Shown piece by piece: positions 9,202-20,178 of a stretch of 64,000 bases of DNA; within the stretch, counting starts at the first letter, position 1, and every line of letters starts with the position of its first letter. The notes beneath the pieces were generated by a model. It had not been told where the DNA came from. It worked only from the letters and a program-made list of their open reading frames with translations, and did not search any database. Origin of the DNA: Candidatus Hydrogenedentota bacterium (lineage in GTDB: Bacteria > Hydrogenedentota > Hydrogenedentia > Hydrogenedentales > SLHB01); contig BTWA01000004.1 of assembly GCA_045863295.1 (NCBI GenBank), positions 64,001 to 128,000 of the forward strand, written 5' to 3'. A program made the position numbers and the translations under genes.

Positions 9202-9708
9202 CTACACGTTTTCCGGCGTCAGAAGTATCACCAATTCGCGGCCACGCGAAACGCCAAGGTCCCGCACCGTTATCGTAAGGCGGCGGCCCGCTTTCTTGAA
9301 CAGCAATTCCGCCGCGCCCACCTGCACCACATTGTCCAGTTTCCAATCGGCCGCCGGACATTCACGGATAAAGAACTGTGCGAGATCGTTCACCGATTCC
9401 CGCGAGATGTACACCATGCGCCCAACCTGAATGGAAGCAGACTCAAAAACAAACGTCTTTTCCAAGTCTTCTTTTAAACCCGTCGGCAAGGGTATGTCGG
9501 AAAAACGTTGGCTGGGGGAAAGGGCCAAACCCTCTTCCGCGGGAGGCATCGCCGAAGGAGCCGCCACATCCGGTTCTTCCTGCAAATCGGCCGGTGCCGG
9601 CGTCGATCCAAAGCCAAACGGCGACGTCTGGCAACCACTCAACACAACCCACGCTGAAACCAAACCGCAAAAACACACCCGGGTCAATTGTGCGCTGCTT
9701 TTCAACAT
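9202..9708 (-). CDS. Putative lipoprotein
   Basis: VVLSGC lipobox; RFSDIPLP motif; 2-nt gap to next gene. Confidence 0.7.
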   Translation of the reverse strand: MLKSSAQLTRVCFCGLVSAWVVLSGCQTSPFGFGSTPAPADLQEEPDVAAPSAMPPAEEGLALSPSQRFSDIPLPTGLKEDLEKTFVFESASIQVGRMVYISRESVNDLAQFFIRECPAADWKLDNVVQVGAAELLFKKAGRRLTITVRDLGVSRGRELVILLTPENV

Positions 9709-9889
9709 GCTATCCCTTCGTCCCGCCTGATCGCACCTCCAAAAGCAGGCGCGAAACCAAACTCCCCCACACTGAGGAAGGCACGATAACAATACCGGCA
9801 GGCATGGGAAAGGTTCAAGTGACGCGCTTTTCGCACCGGGTTGCCGATGAAATCGGACCCACGTCATGCATGCGGCAGGAAACCGGGGA

Positions 9890-10762
9890 TCAGGCCAATT
9901 TTACGGCGCCTATCCGGTTGATCATGTCGTCGATCTCGGTACGCTCCAAAAATCCCACGGTCATGGTATCGAGGCACCCCAATCCCAGCACATACTGCAG
10001 GGATTCCGGGATTTTCGTGTTCAACTCGCCCTCGCCCACGATCTTCATGCCCAGCATCCCTTTGCCGCTGGCATGGGCCTTCTTCAACAAGGCCGATACT
10101 TCCTCGGGAGTGCCGTCCATCTTAACGCCGAACGGATTGATACGGGAGAGCATGCAATCCACCCACGGCGACTCCGATGCCGTCTGCATGGCACCAAAAT
10201 TATGACAGGATACGCCGTGCGCACGGATCTGGCCCTTTTCTTTCGCCTCCGATAGTACGTCCATGCACCCCTGCAACTTCACATTCCAGTCCGGCTCCGT
10301 CATGCAATGCAACAACACCACGTCCACATAGTCCGTGTCCAACTCTTTGCGAAATCGCTCTAAGTCCGCACGGAGCATGCCCGGTTCGCGCGACACGGAT
10401 TTGGACAGCAACATGCATTCCTCGCGCTTCACCGAAGCCTTCATGGCGTCTTTCATGTAGTCGTGCGCCCCGTACATATCGGCGAGATCGAAATAGCGCA
10501 AGCCTTGCGCATAGGCATGCTCAATCAACGTAACAAAATGCTGCCGGCCCATCCGGTTCTGGGCCGAACTGCCGTTCCAGGCTTTTGTGCCCGTTCCCAT
10601 CCCAAGCAACGAACACTGAATGCCGGTACCGCCCAACGTGCGTGACGCCGTTGCCTGAAACGATGCCGGAGCGGCCCCCTGGGCAAAGGCCGGCACCGAT
10701 GCCGCCGCTGCCAATAGTCCCCCCGTGTGCTTCATGAACTGCCGACGATTCATGCACGCCAT
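9890..10762 (-). CDS. Aldo/keto reductase with Tat signal
   Basis: NRRQFMK twin-arginine signal with AFA cleavage; LGMGT, FDLADMYG, LDTDYVDVVLLH, GVSCH, GMLGMK. Confidence 0.9.
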   Translation of the reverse strand: MACMNRRQFMKHTGGLLAAAASVPAFAQGAAPASFQATASRTLGGTGIQCSLLGMGTGTKAWNGSSAQNRMGRQHFVTLIEHAYAQGLRYFDLADMYGAHDYMKDAMKASVKREECMLLSKSVSREPGMLRADLERFRKELDTDYVDVVLLHCMTEPDWNVKLQGCMDVLSEAKEKGQIRAHGVSCHNFGAMQTASESPWVDCMLSRINPFGVKMDGTPEEVSALLKKAHASGKGMLGMKIVGEGELNTKIPESLQYVLGLGCLDTMTVGFLERTEIDDMINRIGAVKLA

Positions 10763-11044
10763 GACGGTTTTCCTCTTTAGTCTGCGAGCAGCACGTGATT
10801 ATGCCGCTGTCCATCACCTTAGACCTGCTCTAAACTGTTTTCAACTGAAAAACAGCGTACACAGCGCCAAATCATGATTCGATTCACAATTTGCGGTCCA
10901 TGCCGGTTTTCAGCCATAATTAGACAGTGTTGAAATAGCGTACCCGGTACGCAGGATTACCATCCGCACGGACACGGGCTGTCTTGCCTTGCGGATAATT
11001 CCAGCCCCCGTATAACCGGCTGAATATCGGAGCCTTGTATAACC

Positions 11045-12190
11045 ATGCTCGCCATCCGGCCACGCCTGCGTAACATACTGTCCATACTAGCTTTATCCTA
11101 CTTCGCGACCGGCTGTGGCGGTTCAGGAGGAATTGTACCCATCGAAGAAACGCAGACGGTCACAGCACCCCGACCCTCGGTGGATCCAAACGCTACGACG
11201 GCCACACGGCTCATGGGGCAGACCATGCCCGCCGCCAGCGGGTCCGCGCCACAATCCGGCGGCCGAATGTTCGACTACGAGACTCCCGAAGGCTGGCAGG
11301 AACTGCCGCCAACCGACCTGCGTCTGGTGAACCTCAAGCCCGCTGGAAATCCAGATGCCGAATGCACGGTCAGCCTGTTGCCCGGCGGCGGCGGTGGCAT
11401 GGCGGAAAACATCAACCGTTGGCGCGGGCAGATGGGCCAGCCTGCCTATAGCCCTGCGGAAATCGATGCGCTGCCCAAAAGCACCCTGCTGGGACGTGAA
11501 GCGGTACTGGTCAGTTTTGACGGTGAGTATTCGGGAATGGGTGGTGGCCCCGGCAAACCAAATTTCACGTTGACCGGCATTATATTGAACCTGCCGAATG
11601 CAGGGGTGTTCGTCAAGATGGTAGGTCCCAAGGAAACCATTGCCGCGGAGGCCGACAAGTTTGTGGCGTTTTGCCAATCGCTGAGGCTGGCGAGTAGCGA
11701 ATCGGAACCCGGACACGAAGGCCACAACCACGCCCCGGGCGAACACGACCCGCACGCTTCATCAGGAGACATGACATGGGAAACGCCCGAGGGATGGCAG
11801 ACCGGCCCGGAAAAACCCATGCGCCTGGTCACATTGCTGGCTGGTCCAGATAGCACGGCAGAGTGCTATATTATAATCCTGCCCGGTGACGCTGGCGGCG
11901 TGTATTCCAATTTCGATCGATGGGCGAAGCAAATGGGCCAGAACCAGACATTGAGCCCGGAAACGGTCCAGGCGTTGCCGGTCATTCCGGTGCTGGGCGC
12001 CGATGCGCCCATGATTGAATTGACGGGCACGTATACGGATATGAGTGGCACAGTAACGGACGGCGCCATGTTGCTGGGTGTTATCGCCAAGAAAGGCGAT
12101 CAGAGCGTCTTCATTCGAATGACCGGACCCGAAGCGGCCGTCAAAGAACAGAAGCAGAACTTTATCGCGTTTTGTAAATCACTGAAATAG
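11045..12190 (+). CDS. Lipoprotein with two tandem repeat domains and His-rich linker, upstream of resB-ccsA
   Basis: FATGC lipobox; ETPEGWQ...AEC...RW..QMGQ...GP...AFCxSL occurs twice; linker GHEGHNHAPGEHDPH. Confidence 0.8.
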   Translation: MLAIRPRLRNILSILALSYFATGCGGSGGIVPIEETQTVTAPRPSVDPNATTATRLMGQTMPAASGSAPQSGGRMFDYETPEGWQELPPTDLRLVNLKPAGNPDAECTVSLLPGGGGGMAENINRWRGQMGQPAYSPAEIDALPKSTLLGREAVLVSFDGEYSGMGGGPGKPNFTLTGIILNLPNAGVFVKMVGPKETIAAEADKFVAFCQSLRLASSESEPGHEGHNHAPGEHDPHASSGDMTWETPEGWQTGPEKPMRLVTLLAGPDSTAECYIIILPGDAGGVYSNFDRWAKQMGQNQTLSPETVQALPVIPVLGADAPMIELTGTYTDMSGTVTDGAMLLGVIAKKGDQSVFIRMTGPEAAVKEQKQNFIAFCKSLK

Positions 12191-12202
12191 GTGCGTTCAG
12201 GC

Positions 12203-13435
12203 ATGAGTTCAAAACAGAAAAAACACAAACACGAAGCGAAGCAGGAACCGTTGGCAAAACGGATCGTCTCGAAGACGTTCAACGCGCTCGCCTCGTATAC
12301 CCTTGCCTGTGGTTTGTTCGCGCTGTTGGCCCTGCTCACGTTTCTGGGCACGCTGGAACAGATCAATAGCGGCATCTTCGACGTTCAGAAGAAGTATTTC
12401 GAATCGTTCTTTCTGGTTCACAACCTGTTTGGCAAAATACCGGTTTTGTTGCCCGGCGTGTATCTGCTGCTGATTTTGCTCACCATCAATATCGTGCTGG
12501 GTGGCGTAATCAAATTGCGTAAGTCGCCCTCGCGCATCGGCATTCTGATATCCCACCTGGGTATCGTATTGTTGATTGCCGGAGGATTCATCAAGTTCCA
12601 GCTTGCGTCAGATGGCCACGCGACGCTTGCTGAAGGCGAATCGGCCAGCGAATACGAAAGCTATTTCACGTGGGAACTCGCCATTGCCAAGGAAGGCACG
12701 CTACAACGGACGGAATATCTGGTGCCGGAGGAGCACTTTCGGCAGGCATCGCCGGAAAACCGGATTACATTCACCCACGACGCTCTGCCGTTTAATGTCT
12801 CCCTTACGGGTTACCACAGGAACAGCGAGCCTGTAAACGTGAACCGGACTCCGGCCAACGGTGAACTCGTGGTGGATGGATTCTATCTTCATCCTACGCC
12901 CTTGGAAAAAGAGGCCGAACGAAATGTTTCCGGCGCTTACGCCGAGATCACCGACAAGGCCACAGGGGAAACGAAGCAAGCATTGCTATGGGGTTTCGAA
13001 AAGATGCCTTTCGCGTTCCAACAGGGCAACGACGTGTGGAGCGTGGCCTTGCGCAAAAAACGATATCCGCTCCCCTTCACCGTTCGCCTGGATAAATTCA
13101 CACATGAACTTCATCCGCGTACGCAGATGGCCAAGATATTCCGAAGCGACGTCACCAAAACCGAGAACGGCATAGCCCAACAACACAAGATTTCCATGAA
13201 CGAGCCGCTGCGCCACAAGGGATATACGTTTTATCAGGCATCCTGGATTCCGGCAGACCCGGCCGCGGGACGTCCGGTAATGTCATCATTCGCCGTGACG
13301 AAAGACCCGGCGGATCGGATTCCCCTGTATGCCTGCATCGTAATTACCGTCGGCCTATTGCTTCACTTCGGCCAGAAACTGGTCGTGTATCTCCGGCGCG
13401 AACAAAAGCGCATTCAACAAGAGGTCTTGGCATGA
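12203..13435 (+). CDS. resB: Cytochrome c biogenesis protein ResB/CcsB-like
   Basis: Three N-terminal TMs (LTFLGTLEQ, GILISHLG His), periplasmic domain ISMNEPLRHKGYTFYQASW, C-terminal TM; ATGA overlap with ccsA. Confidence 0.85.
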   Translation: MSSKQKKHKHEAKQEPLAKRIVSKTFNALASYTLACGLFALLALLTFLGTLEQINSGIFDVQKKYFESFFLVHNLFGKIPVLLPGVYLLLILLTINIVLGGVIKLRKSPSRIGILISHLGIVLLIAGGFIKFQLASDGHATLAEGESASEYESYFTWELAIAKEGTLQRTEYLVPEEHFRQASPENRITFTHDALPFNVSLTGYHRNSEPVNVNRTPANGELVVDGFYLHPTPLEKEAERNVSGAYAEITDKATGETKQALLWGFEKMPFAFQQGNDVWSVALRKKRYPLPFTVRLDKFTHELHPRTQMAKIFRSDVTKTENGIAQQHKISMNEPLRHKGYTFYQASWIPADPAAGRPVMSSFAVTKDPADRIPLYACIVITVGLLLHFGQKLVVYLRREQKRIQQEVLA

Positions 13436-15528
13436 ATCGCATACTTCTTGCACTGCTTGGCATCGTATCCCTTACAACCGCCATGTCGGCGGCATGGGCG
13501 CAAGATCCCCCCGCGGATACCGTGCCCGCCGAAGTTACGGCCCGCGGCGAATGGGACCCGGAAACGCTTCGCCTCTTGGCGCTCATTCCAGTGCAGGAAG
13601 GCGGCCGCCTGAAACCGCTCGACTCGTATGCCAGCTTCCTGATGCTTCGGCTCAATGGCAAGCGTTCGATGGAAGACCTGGACGGAAGAAAGATGACCCC
13701 CATCGAGTGGATGGGCGACTGTCTCTTCTATCCCGAATTGGCGCGCCACTATAAGGTCTTTCGAATCGATGATACCGCGGTTCTCGATGCGATAGGCGTG
13801 GAGCACAACGAAGACAAGCGTGCATGGTTTTCGTATGGCGAACTCGAACCCGGCCTCGAAAAGTTGATGACCCTGGGCGACTCCTACAACGCCATTGAAG
13901 CCAAAGACCGCGAGCCGTTGCAGCGGCAGATCGTAAACCTTGCATTCAACGTTCGTGAATTCGAGCAGGTGATTCACTTTTTCGACTTTGCAAAAGAGCC
14001 GCTTCCCATCCCTCAAGGCTCCGCACTGGGCGTGTTGATCCCCGATTCCAGATACTCCACCGCCATTGAAAAAGCTCGCTCCCTGGCTACCATAGCGATT
14101 GTTCTTGAAAACGGTTTTCCCGCCATTGAGAAGAATTTCCCGCCGGACCAGGTGGCCCAACTCCAGGAAACGGTGCCCGCCGAAATCCGATCGCTCGACG
14201 ACGCGACCCGCGCAAAAGAATTGGAAACCATGAAGGCGGTCTTTCACGAGATCGACCGCCGCTCTTCGTCCGCGCGATTCCTCGCAATTCTGCCACCCCC
14301 CGCCAGTATGACGGATCAGAAAGAGTGGTTCGCGCCCGCGGATATCCTTGAAATGGTGCTCGAATCCAAAGGCGATATGACCACAACCATCCGGTTGCTG
14401 TCGGAACTCGAAGACCTGTTCCAAGTCCGTCAAGATCCAGCACAATTGAAGCAGAAGTTGGCGGCCTATCAGACGGACGTCGCGGCCTTGGCGGACGCGC
14501 GCGGCGAATACAACAAGATTCCCATGGAAGTGGCCTTCTACAAGTTCCCCTTTAAACCGCTCAGCCTGGCGGGATACATCCTCTGCTTCATCCTGGCCGC
14601 GCTTTGTTGGTTCTGGCCAAAAAACCGCGTGTTACGCTGGACTACGCTTGGCATGCTCCTCCTTCCCACCGGCATCTTGATCGCCGGCATCACCTGGCGC
14701 TGTATCCTGCGGAGCCGCCCGCCCGTCAGCACGCTGTATGAAACCATTCTCTTCATCACGGCGGTCGCAGTCGTCGTAGCTATCTTCATCGAATTTGTAA
14801 ACAAGCAACGCATTGCCCAAGCCATGGCCGCGTTCCTCGGCATGCTCGGCATGTTCCTCGCCTACCGCTACGAAATTAAAGAAGGCGTGGACACCATGCC
14901 CGCCCTCATCGCCGTGCTCGACACCAACTTCTGGCTCGCCACCCACGTCACCACTGTGACCATGGGTTATGCCGCGGGTCTGCTGGCCGGTGGCATGGCC
15001 CACATTTACATCCTGGGCCGCCTATTTGGCGTAAAGCGCAACGACACGTCGTTTTACAAAACGGTCACACGAATGACCTACGGCATCGTTTGCTTTGGCC
15101 TGCTCTTCTCCGTCGTCGGAACCATCCTGGGCGGCATTTGGGCCAATGACAGTTGGGGCCGGTTCTGGGGCTGGGATCCCAAGGAAAACGGCGCGCTACT
15201 CATCGTGCTCTGCTTCCTCGCCGTGTTGCACGCGCGCATGGGCGGACTTATTCGCGATCTCGGCTTGGCCATGACTTCTGTATTCACAGGCATGGTGGTA
15301 GCCTTTTCCTGGTGGGGCGTGAATCTGCTCGGCGTGGGGCTCCATAGCTACGGATTCACGGACGGGGTCATCGGCACGCTCATGTTGTTTTACATTACGG
15401 AAACCGTCGTGATCGGGTTGGGCGGAATCGTTTGGCTGAAGGAACGGTATGCTGCACCTGCGGCCGCCGCCGAAACGGCTCCCAAAGGCAAAATCAAACC
15501 GGCCAAGGCCGATTCTGCACGTCGCTAA
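13432..15528 (+). CDS. ccsA: Cytochrome c biogenesis protein CcsA/ResC with large N-terminal periplasmic domain
   Basis: WWD motif GGIWANDSWGRFWGWDPKE, FWLATH, GLHSYG; N-terminal signal peptide and GGRLKPLDS motif. Confidence 0.93.
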   Translation: MNRILLALLGIVSLTTAMSAAWAQDPPADTVPAEVTARGEWDPETLRLLALIPVQEGGRLKPLDSYASFLMLRLNGKRSMEDLDGRKMTPIEWMGDCLFYPELARHYKVFRIDDTAVLDAIGVEHNEDKRAWFSYGELEPGLEKLMTLGDSYNAIEAKDREPLQRQIVNLAFNVREFEQVIHFFDFAKEPLPIPQGSALGVLIPDSRYSTAIEKARSLATIAIVLENGFPAIEKNFPPDQVAQLQETVPAEIRSLDDATRAKELETMKAVFHEIDRRSSSARFLAILPPPASMTDQKEWFAPADILEMVLESKGDMTTTIRLLSELEDLFQVRQDPAQLKQKLAAYQTDVAALADARGEYNKIPMEVAFYKFPFKPLSLAGYILCFILAALCWFWPKNRVLRWTTLGMLLLPTGILIAGITWRCILRSRPPVSTLYETILFITAVAVVVAIFIEFVNKQRIAQAMAAFLGMLGMFLAYRYEIKEGVDTMPALIAVLDTNFWLATHVTTVTMGYAAGLLAGGMAHIYILGRLFGVKRNDTSFYKTVTRMTYGIVCFGLLFSVVGTILGGIWANDSWGRFWGWDPKENGALLIVLCFLAVLHARMGGLIRDLGLAMTSVFTGMVVAFSWWGVNLLGVGLHSYGFTDGVIGTLMLFYITETVVIGLGGIVWLKERYAAPAAAAETAPKGKIKPAKADSARR

Positions 15529-15540
15529 GTGAGTCCGCCG

Positions 15541-15978
15541 CTACCGGCGGGTAAAGCCGATGAAACTGGTCTCCGGCGGCTGTATTCCCAGCTGCGACGC
15601 GTGTCGCGCCATCTGGCCGCGGTGATGCGACCCGTGCGTCACCAGATGATGCAGTATGTCGCCGATCTGCGATTCGAGCGGTTCTCCGTTCAGCCGCGTG
15701 TATTTCAGCACCCGGCTCAGGTCAGTATCCAATATCTCGTCATACCGCGCCTCCATGCGAGGCGACAGCGCATCCAACTCCTCTTTGGTCAACACAGAAA
15801 ACACATCCGTCCGTAGCGGCTCTCCCAGGATACGTTGAAACCAAATCTGCTCCGCGAGGTAAACGTGGGAAATCATCTTTCGGAGGTACTCGTCGTTCGC
15901 GGCCCCGCCGAAGGTGAAGTCAAGCCAGGTACGGTTGGCCCAGCAGGTATACTCCGTGAGAGGTTTCAGGCTATTCAC
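15541..15978 (-). CDS. DinB/YfiT-family protein
   Basis: YTCWAN, HVYLAEQIW.RI, HLVTHGSHHRGQ; GTG start after GGAG. Confidence 0.88.
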   Translation of the reverse strand: MNSLKPLTEYTCWANRTWLDFTFGGAANDEYLRKMISHVYLAEQIWFQRILGEPLRTDVFSVLTKEELDALSPRMEARYDEILDTDLSRVLKYTRLNGEPLESQIGDILHHLVTHGSHHRGQMARHASQLGIQPPETSFIGFTRR

Positions 15979-16052
15979 TTCAGTTCTCCCCAATTGGTGT
16001 TTCCTGTGAACAAAATCATGCGCACGCCGGGTCAACCGCCGCGCACTCGGGC

Positions 16053-16096
16053 GCAACGACTCCGTTATTGCCGCAACGGCGGTTATCGGGTAGCAT
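16053..16096 (+). promoter_or_regulatory. Promoter of XRE-cyclase/ahcY operon with overlapping repeated boxes
   Basis: TTGCCG (16068-73), 17 nt, TAGCAT (16091-96); GCAACGACTCCGTTAT (16053-68) and GCAACGGCGGTTAT (16073-86) start 20 nt apart. Confidence 0.5.
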
Positions 16097-16139
16097 AAGT
16101 CTGCACGGGCGCACTCACAGGTTCAACGCGGATGAAACC

Positions 16140-16871
16140 ATGCTGCTGAAAGATTTGGGTCAGCGTATTCGCGGCCAACGCGAAAAGCGCGGCCTCAAGC
16201 AACAGGATATAGCCAACGCCCTGAATGTGAGCCCACAAGCGGTCTCGAAATGGGAACGCGGCGAAAACGCGCCGGACATCACCATTCTTTCCGGCTTGGC
16301 GAGGCTGTTGGGCGTTACGACCGACTGGTTGCTCGGCTCGAATGCCGAGGGTAAAGATGTATTTGAAGCCACGGTGCTGGCGACCAGCGTCGACGGCGCA
16401 TATAAGCGTTCGCTGGAAATGCAGCCGCGCGATTTCGCGCTCTGGGCCAATGCGCTTTTCTATCAGTTGACTGAGTTGATCCTCCGGCACGACGGAGTGC
16501 CGGTAAAATACATGGGCGACCGATCGCTCAGTTTCTTTTCAGGACCGGACCACCGCAGACGCGCCGTGGATGCCGCCATGAAAGCGCGAAGCCAAATCGG
16601 GTCCACCCTGCGAATTGGGTTGCACAGCGGTCCCATCTATCTGGGGTCGGTGGGCCATCCGGATTACGCACGGCCCGACATCATGGGCGAAGTCGTGAAT
16701 GTCGCATTCCTTACGATGGAATGGGCAGAGCGCGAAACGAAAAGCGGCATCGCGGCTACCGCTGCCGCCTTGGAAGGATTCGATGAACCGCCCGCGGGCG
16801 GCAAGGATAAGAATGTGAAGTTTCTGGGTCTCGAACGGCCCGTTTCCGTGCGCGAAATCAAGGCAAGCTAA
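16140..16871 (+). CDS. XRE-family HTH regulator fused to degenerate class III adenylate/guanylate cyclase domain
   Basis: N-terminal QQDIANALNVSPQAVSKWERGENAPD (HTH_3); C-terminal VKYMGD, LRIGLHSGPIYLG, DIMGEVVNVA cyclase motifs; first metal Asp and catalytic Arg substituted. Confidence 0.85.
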   Translation: MLLKDLGQRIRGQREKRGLKQQDIANALNVSPQAVSKWERGENAPDITILSGLARLLGVTTDWLLGSNAEGKDVFEATVLATSVDGAYKRSLEMQPRDFALWANALFYQLTELILRHDGVPVKYMGDRSLSFFSGPDHRRRAVDAAMKARSQIGSTLRIGLHSGPIYLGSVGHPDYARPDIMGEVVNVAFLTMEWAERETKSGIAATAAALEGFDEPPAGGKDKNVKFLGLERPVSVREIKAS

Positions 16872-16889
16872 AAACAAGGATCCCACACA

Positions 16890-18341
<1,452 letters not shown>

Positions 18342-18364
18342 ATCCGGCCAATGCAACGCACGTT

Positions 18365-18398
18365 ACACCCCCAGGCATGCGCCTGGGGGTGTTTTTTT
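18365..18398 (+). terminator. Rho-independent terminator after ahcY
   Basis: ACACCCCCAGGC-atgc-GCCTGGGGGTGT perfect 12-bp stem followed by T-run. Confidence 0.9.
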
Positions 18399-18518
18399 GG
18401 GGTAGTGAAACTGCGGCGTGGTTCCACGCGAACCGTCTCCAATGCAGCCAATGCAACAAGCGATCCTAGATATATGGGCGGCGTCTTGCGTCATGGGTGT
18501 GCAATAGGAGACCTCACT

Positions 18519-18947
18519 ATGAACTGCATCGGCTATAAGGCCGGCTACAAGTATCAATTGGCAAAGCCGTATTCCATAAGCACTGGAATCATTCCCGTCG
18601 AAACTATTCAAACCGAGTATCTCCACCTGTCCCTGGATGGCACGTTGACCATCCGCGCCGGATACGCGTGGGACGGACCCTCCGGTCCCACGTTCGATAC
18701 GGCAAATTTCATGCGCGGCTCGCTCGTACATGACGCCTTCTACCAACTGATGCGCGAAGACTGCTTGAAAAAGGAAAGATACCGGGATCAAGCGGACCGC
18801 TTGTTGCAGCGCATGTGCAGGGAAGACGGCATGAGCGCCATCCGATCCTGGTTCGTCTATCAAGCCGTTAGCCGATTCGCCGATCCCGCCGCGGACCCGG
18901 CAAACAGGCGCATGGAGTTACGAGCGCCGGAAGATTGCTCCGCATAG
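18519..18947 (+). CDS. DUF1353-like protein
   Basis: RBS AGGAG; IRAGYAWDGPSGP...GSLVHDAFYQ...ADRLL...VYQAVSRF pattern. Confidence 0.7.
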   Translation: MNCIGYKAGYKYQLAKPYSISTGIIPVETIQTEYLHLSLDGTLTIRAGYAWDGPSGPTFDTANFMRGSLVHDAFYQLMREDCLKKERYRDQADRLLQRMCREDGMSAIRSWFVYQAVSRFADPAADPANRRMELRAPEDCSA

Positions 18948-19007
18948 ATCAAACCGGTATCCTTTGGGTTATGTCCGCGTCTTGGGAAACGTAAGGACAC
19001 CCGCCCG

Positions 19008-20141
19008 GTGGAATGTCCAAGTTGCAGCAGTCCGATTTCGACCATCGTCGAACACAATATCCAGGTGGAGTCTTGTGCGCAGTGCGGCGGCCGCTGGTTC
19101 GACGAAAACGGCATTCACGCGTATTTTCAATCCATCATCGCCAATGAAGCGGTGCAGCCTCCAGCAATCGATCTCTACCGAAAAGCGCGAATTACCCCTC
19201 CCAAGAACGAAAACGTTCGAACGTGTCCAAAGTGCCAATCCCTGCTGATGAAGATGAACTACGCCTACGATTCCAACATATTCGTGGACAAATGCGTGGA
19301 CTGCCGGGGCCTCTGGATTGACGGCAACGAAATTATCCCTTTGGCACAATATTTGAAAGGCCATCCCGCGTTGCGATCAATGGGTGTCTCAATGGCACAG
19401 TATGCGAAAGAACAGGCAGCAATGAATGAGCCCATGGACGAATTGGCGGACACATTCAGCAGTCCGATGCTACTACTGTTCGGCCGCTTCGGCATTATTC
19501 TTCCGCTCAAAGACGAAACGTCGCGATTCAAGACTCCGGTCGTTATGTGGACAATTTTGGCATCCATGGTATTGGTGTATACGCTCCAACTGACAGTGTT
19601 GTCCAAGGATCAGGTTGCCGGCCTCGCGCTAACGCCCTCGAAAGTTTTCGCTGGAGTCTCATGGGTCTCGCTCGTCACTGCATGCTTCTTGCACGCCGAT
19701 CTCTTTCATCTCGGTGCTAATGCCCTGTTTCTCTGGATTTTCGGGGATGACATTGAACAGCGTCTGGGCCACGTGTCATTTTTACTCTTCTACCTGGTAG
19801 CGGGCGTTGCAGGCAACGCACTTCAGGCCGTCGCATACCCTGCATCGGTCATTCCAGTTCTTGGTGCAAGCGGCGCCATCGCAGGTCTCATCGGAGCCTA
19901 TCTTGTCTTGCATCCCAACGCCCGGCTAACGACGCTAGTGTTCTACCGTCTTGTGCGCATACCCGCATGGTGGTATATCGTATTCTGGTTGGTCATTCAG
20001 CTGATTTACGGCGGTATCTTTTATGCCGCCGGTCATCCGTCTGGTGTCGCATGGTTCGCGCACATCGGCGGATTTGCGGTGGGTGTCGCAACGGCAATTG
20101 GGGTAAAATGCACAACAGAAAAACCGCAGTGCGCGTCTTGA
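19008..20141 (+). CDS. Rhomboid intramembrane serine protease with two N-terminal TFIIB-type zinc ribbons
   Basis: CPSC..CAQCGGRWFD and CPKC..CVDCRGLWID; rhomboid FLHADLFHLGANALFLWIFGDDIE, GASG, AHIGG. Confidence 0.9.
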   Translation: MECPSCSSPISTIVEHNIQVESCAQCGGRWFDENGIHAYFQSIIANEAVQPPAIDLYRKARITPPKNENVRTCPKCQSLLMKMNYAYDSNIFVDKCVDCRGLWIDGNEIIPLAQYLKGHPALRSMGVSMAQYAKEQAAMNEPMDELADTFSSPMLLLFGRFGIILPLKDETSRFKTPVVMWTILASMVLVYTLQLTVLSKDQVAGLALTPSKVFAGVSWVSLVTACFLHADLFHLGANALFLWIFGDDIEQRLGHVSFLLFYLVAGVAGNALQAVAYPASVIPVLGASGAIAGLIGAYLVLHPNARLTTLVFYRLVRIPAWWYIVFWLVIQLIYGGIFYAAGHPSGVAWFAHIGGFAVGVATAIGVKCTTEKPQCAS

Positions 20142-20178
20142 TGCTCGGCGCCGCGGTAAACCGAAGGTGAGTTCGAAT

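Noticed and set aside
16140..16871. Active adenylate cyclase
   Set aside because: First metal-binding Asp and catalytic Arg are substituted by eye alignment; treated as a probable pseudo-enzyme pending assay.
15979..16889. SAH or SAM riboswitch upstream of ahcY
   Set aside because: I could not find the conserved GAGCGYUGC / AGGCUC / pseudoknot elements; only 18 nt separate ahcY from the upstream gene. An Rfam scan would be decisive.
18519..20141. Prophage remnant
   Set aside because: Only one possibly phage-associated gene; no integrase, structural or lysis genes and no att-like repeats seen.
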